From positions 1-36,390 of the forward strand of contig ADNK01000893.1 in assembly GCA_000320545.1 (NCBI GenBank): DNA of 36,390 nt, given 5' to 3'. Below are positions 34,328 to 36,390 of the stretch, in pieces. Numbering within the stretch: position 1 is the stretch's first letter; every line of letters starts with the position of its first letter. Under the pieces are notes generated by a model. It made no database searches. It was not told the origin of the DNA and saw only the letters and a list, made by a program, of their open reading frames with translations. The DNA comes from Bigelowiella natans CCMP2755 (taxonomy: Eukaryota; Protista; Cercozoa). Position numbers and translations under genes: made by a program.

Positions 34328-36310
34328 GTACCTAGAGTATTGCCAGACTGGAGTTGAGCGCAAGGAAAGGGACCGATACATTAAGCTAATCAATAATGTT
34401 CGCTTGACGAAATCAGACGGTTGTACGACGACGACTTCTTCCTTCGGATGAAACCGAGTTACTTCTAAATTTGTGCAATGTTTGTATACAGTGGATTCTG
34501 TAGCGGTGCTAGAATCGATTCCAGAATATAACGATCCAAGGATTCGCGAGTACGAGAAGAGGCTCATTCAATGCAACTTCTTTACGTTCCACAACATCAT
34601 AAGCGAGCCCCTGGGCTACTACTGCTTCTGCCAGGTGCGTGGACAACAACGGCAATATATATATAAAGACAGAGTACCATAACATCCAACAAACATATTA
34701 GTAATCTTGAACCTCGTCGTCTTTTGCAGCACATTTGCGAAGTTTTCGGCATGTCGAACGCAGAGTTCTGGATGGAAGTTATGTCGTTCGAGGCGGTAAG
34801 TAAGCTGAACCGTCTATTCCTTTCTCCAGATATTTGCGATGAGATGAATCTGATTAGAAAGTTGACTATTTACATACTCCTACTCATTAGTGGAAACTTC
34901 ACCGTCATTCGCGATGGGTAGCACGGAAGGTAGCTGTCTCATAAAGTGTTGTTGCCTTTTTGTCTCGGAGCTCATTCTCTCTCTCTCCCTCTCTATTACA
35001 GCAACAGAAGGAAGAAAAAAAGGAAAATGGAGAAGAAAAGGAGAGTAGAAAGAGCCCCAAGGGGAAGGAAGGGGATAAGCGAGGAAGAATGGGAGTCCTG
35101 ATGGGCCTCGAGGAGTCAGATTCAGCCGACTCGCAGTACAACGAGGTGTTAGAAGAAAGAAAGGTGAAGCGAACGTCTTCCAAGTGGCAGCTGGAGGCGA
35201 GCGAGGAGGAGAGGAAGAAGAACGTAGGGTCCATGCTGTTCGGGACGGTGCCGGACAACACCACCGAAAACGTTGGACGCACCGCAAGCCTTGGGAGCTA
35301 CGAGACGCGGAAGTCTCGCAAGAAGCGCCCGCTGGTAGACTTCCTGATCTCGAAGAACTACCACGACCACACGGCAGCCGGGACCACCAACAGCTTCCAC
35401 CAGAAGACGACTTGCACGGAAGAGAAATCGAGCACCAACCAGCACCACTCCGAGTCCCAGTACGTGACGAGCGACGTCGTCGAGAATGGCCCCAAGGACG
35501 TCGTGTACCGGCGGCTCTCCGAGGAGGAGATCCACAACTTCAAAGGCAGCGTCCACTTCAAGGTCTACGTGCGTCACCTCTTCAAGCAGCAGATGGAGGT
35601 GGGGCCGGACGACTTCGTCATCGTGAAGATGCTCGGCCAGGGCGGGTTCGGGAAGGTGTTCTGCTGCAAGAAGTCTGACTCCGGTAAGCTCTACGCGGTG
35701 AAGTGCCTCTCCAAGGCGCGCATCATACAGAAGAAGGCGATCAGCATGACGAAGCTCGAAAAGGACTCGATGGCCCGGCTGCGGTCGGACTTCATCGTGG
35801 GGCTCGACTTTGCGACGCAGGACAGCGAGAATCTATACCTGGTGATGACCCTCATGACTGGCGGCAACCTCCGCTACCACCTGCGCCGTGACGGCTTTGG
35901 GCTGCATCTTTCAAGGTATGATGATTAGTGATAATGATAATAATAATTATAATGACAATTAGGGTTAGTTCATCCCGACAAAAAGAGCTTTGGAGGAGAT
36001 GGGCCGGGGGGGGGGGGGGGGGACCCAGGGGAAAACACTTTTTCGGCAGCAGTAATAAACAACACCTGGAAACGGTAACGGCAGGGGGGGAATTATCGAT
36101 CGGTTGCGGTCATCAACAGGGTCGTCCTCCCCATCGCATTCTCACTCATATTATCATCAGGGTCTATGCTGGGGAAGTGCTCCCCGGCCTTGAGCACATG
36201 CACAAGCTACGGATTTTCTACCGAGACTTGAAACTGGACAACATCTTGCTGGATAGCCACGGGAACTGCCCCCTCTCTGATCTAGGTTGGGGGGGGTATC
36301 TTTCGGGTCG
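34328..36310 (+). CDS. G-protein-coupled receptor kinase (GRK)-like AGC kinase with N-terminal RGS-homology domain; 5' exons may extend to ~33590, 3' end truncated or low quality
   Basis: Exons 34328-34419, 34492-34634 (IPEYNDPRIREYEKRLIQCNFFTFHNIISEPLGYYCFCQ), 34730-34795 (HICEVFGMSNAEFWMEVMSFEA), 34891-34917, ~35002-35915 (FKGSVHFKVYVRHLFKQQMEVGPDDF...LGQGGFGKV...YAVKCL...LYLVMTLMTGGNLRYHL), 36161-~36306 (LEHMH...YRDLKLDNILLD...SDLG). Phase-compatible candidate upstream exons: 33889-34001 and 34127-34235. Confidence 0.85.
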
Positions 36311-36390
36311 GAAAAAACAAAAACCTCGTGATTAATAGAATTATAATAACCTTTATTAATAAGAGTGGGGCCTTATTTTTTGTTTATTTT

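Noticed and set aside
1-36390. CRISPR arrays, tRNA/rRNA genes, telomeric repeats
   Set aside because: No repeat-spacer arrays, cloverleaf or rRNA-like sequence, or telomere tracts seen. The only tRNA-like stretch is the PBS.

Overview
Eukaryotic, intron-rich protist-type genomic DNA. The microsatellite-filled GT-AG introns and GC3-rich exons suggest a chlorarachniophyte-like genome, but the taxon is inference only. Left to right the window holds: (1) a 5'-truncated multi-exon BEACH-PH-WD40-FYVE gene of the WDFY3/ALFY/LvsA type (+, 1-18263), with a few homopolymer frameshifts that are probably sequence errors; (2) a CTAG-rich intergenic spacer; (3) a multi-exon minus-strand gene (24931 to ~19619), not visible as a long ORF, encoding an N-myristoylation-motif, two-EF-hand protein with a weakly Vps28-N-like C-terminal segment; (4) an intact, young Ty3/gypsy LTR retrotransposon (25527-31242) with apparently identical 326-bp LTRs, a TGTT target-site duplication, a tRNA-Glu-like PBS and a single gag-pol ORF; (5) a DEK-C/SWIB (UAF30/Spp27-like) gene (-); (6) a GRK-like kinase with an RGS-homology domain and DLG motif (+, 3' truncated). 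Two linked observations stand out. The retrotransposon integrase ends in a degenerate DNA N6-adenine methyltransferase-like (phage Dam/DIRS-MT) domain where chromoviruses carry a chromodomain. The element also sits inside a ~0.9-kb host island in which every TpA is gone except in CTAG, while CpG is retained. This suggests an adenine-directed (TA to TG/CA) hypermutation or marking system that the element may target. That link is a hypothesis.
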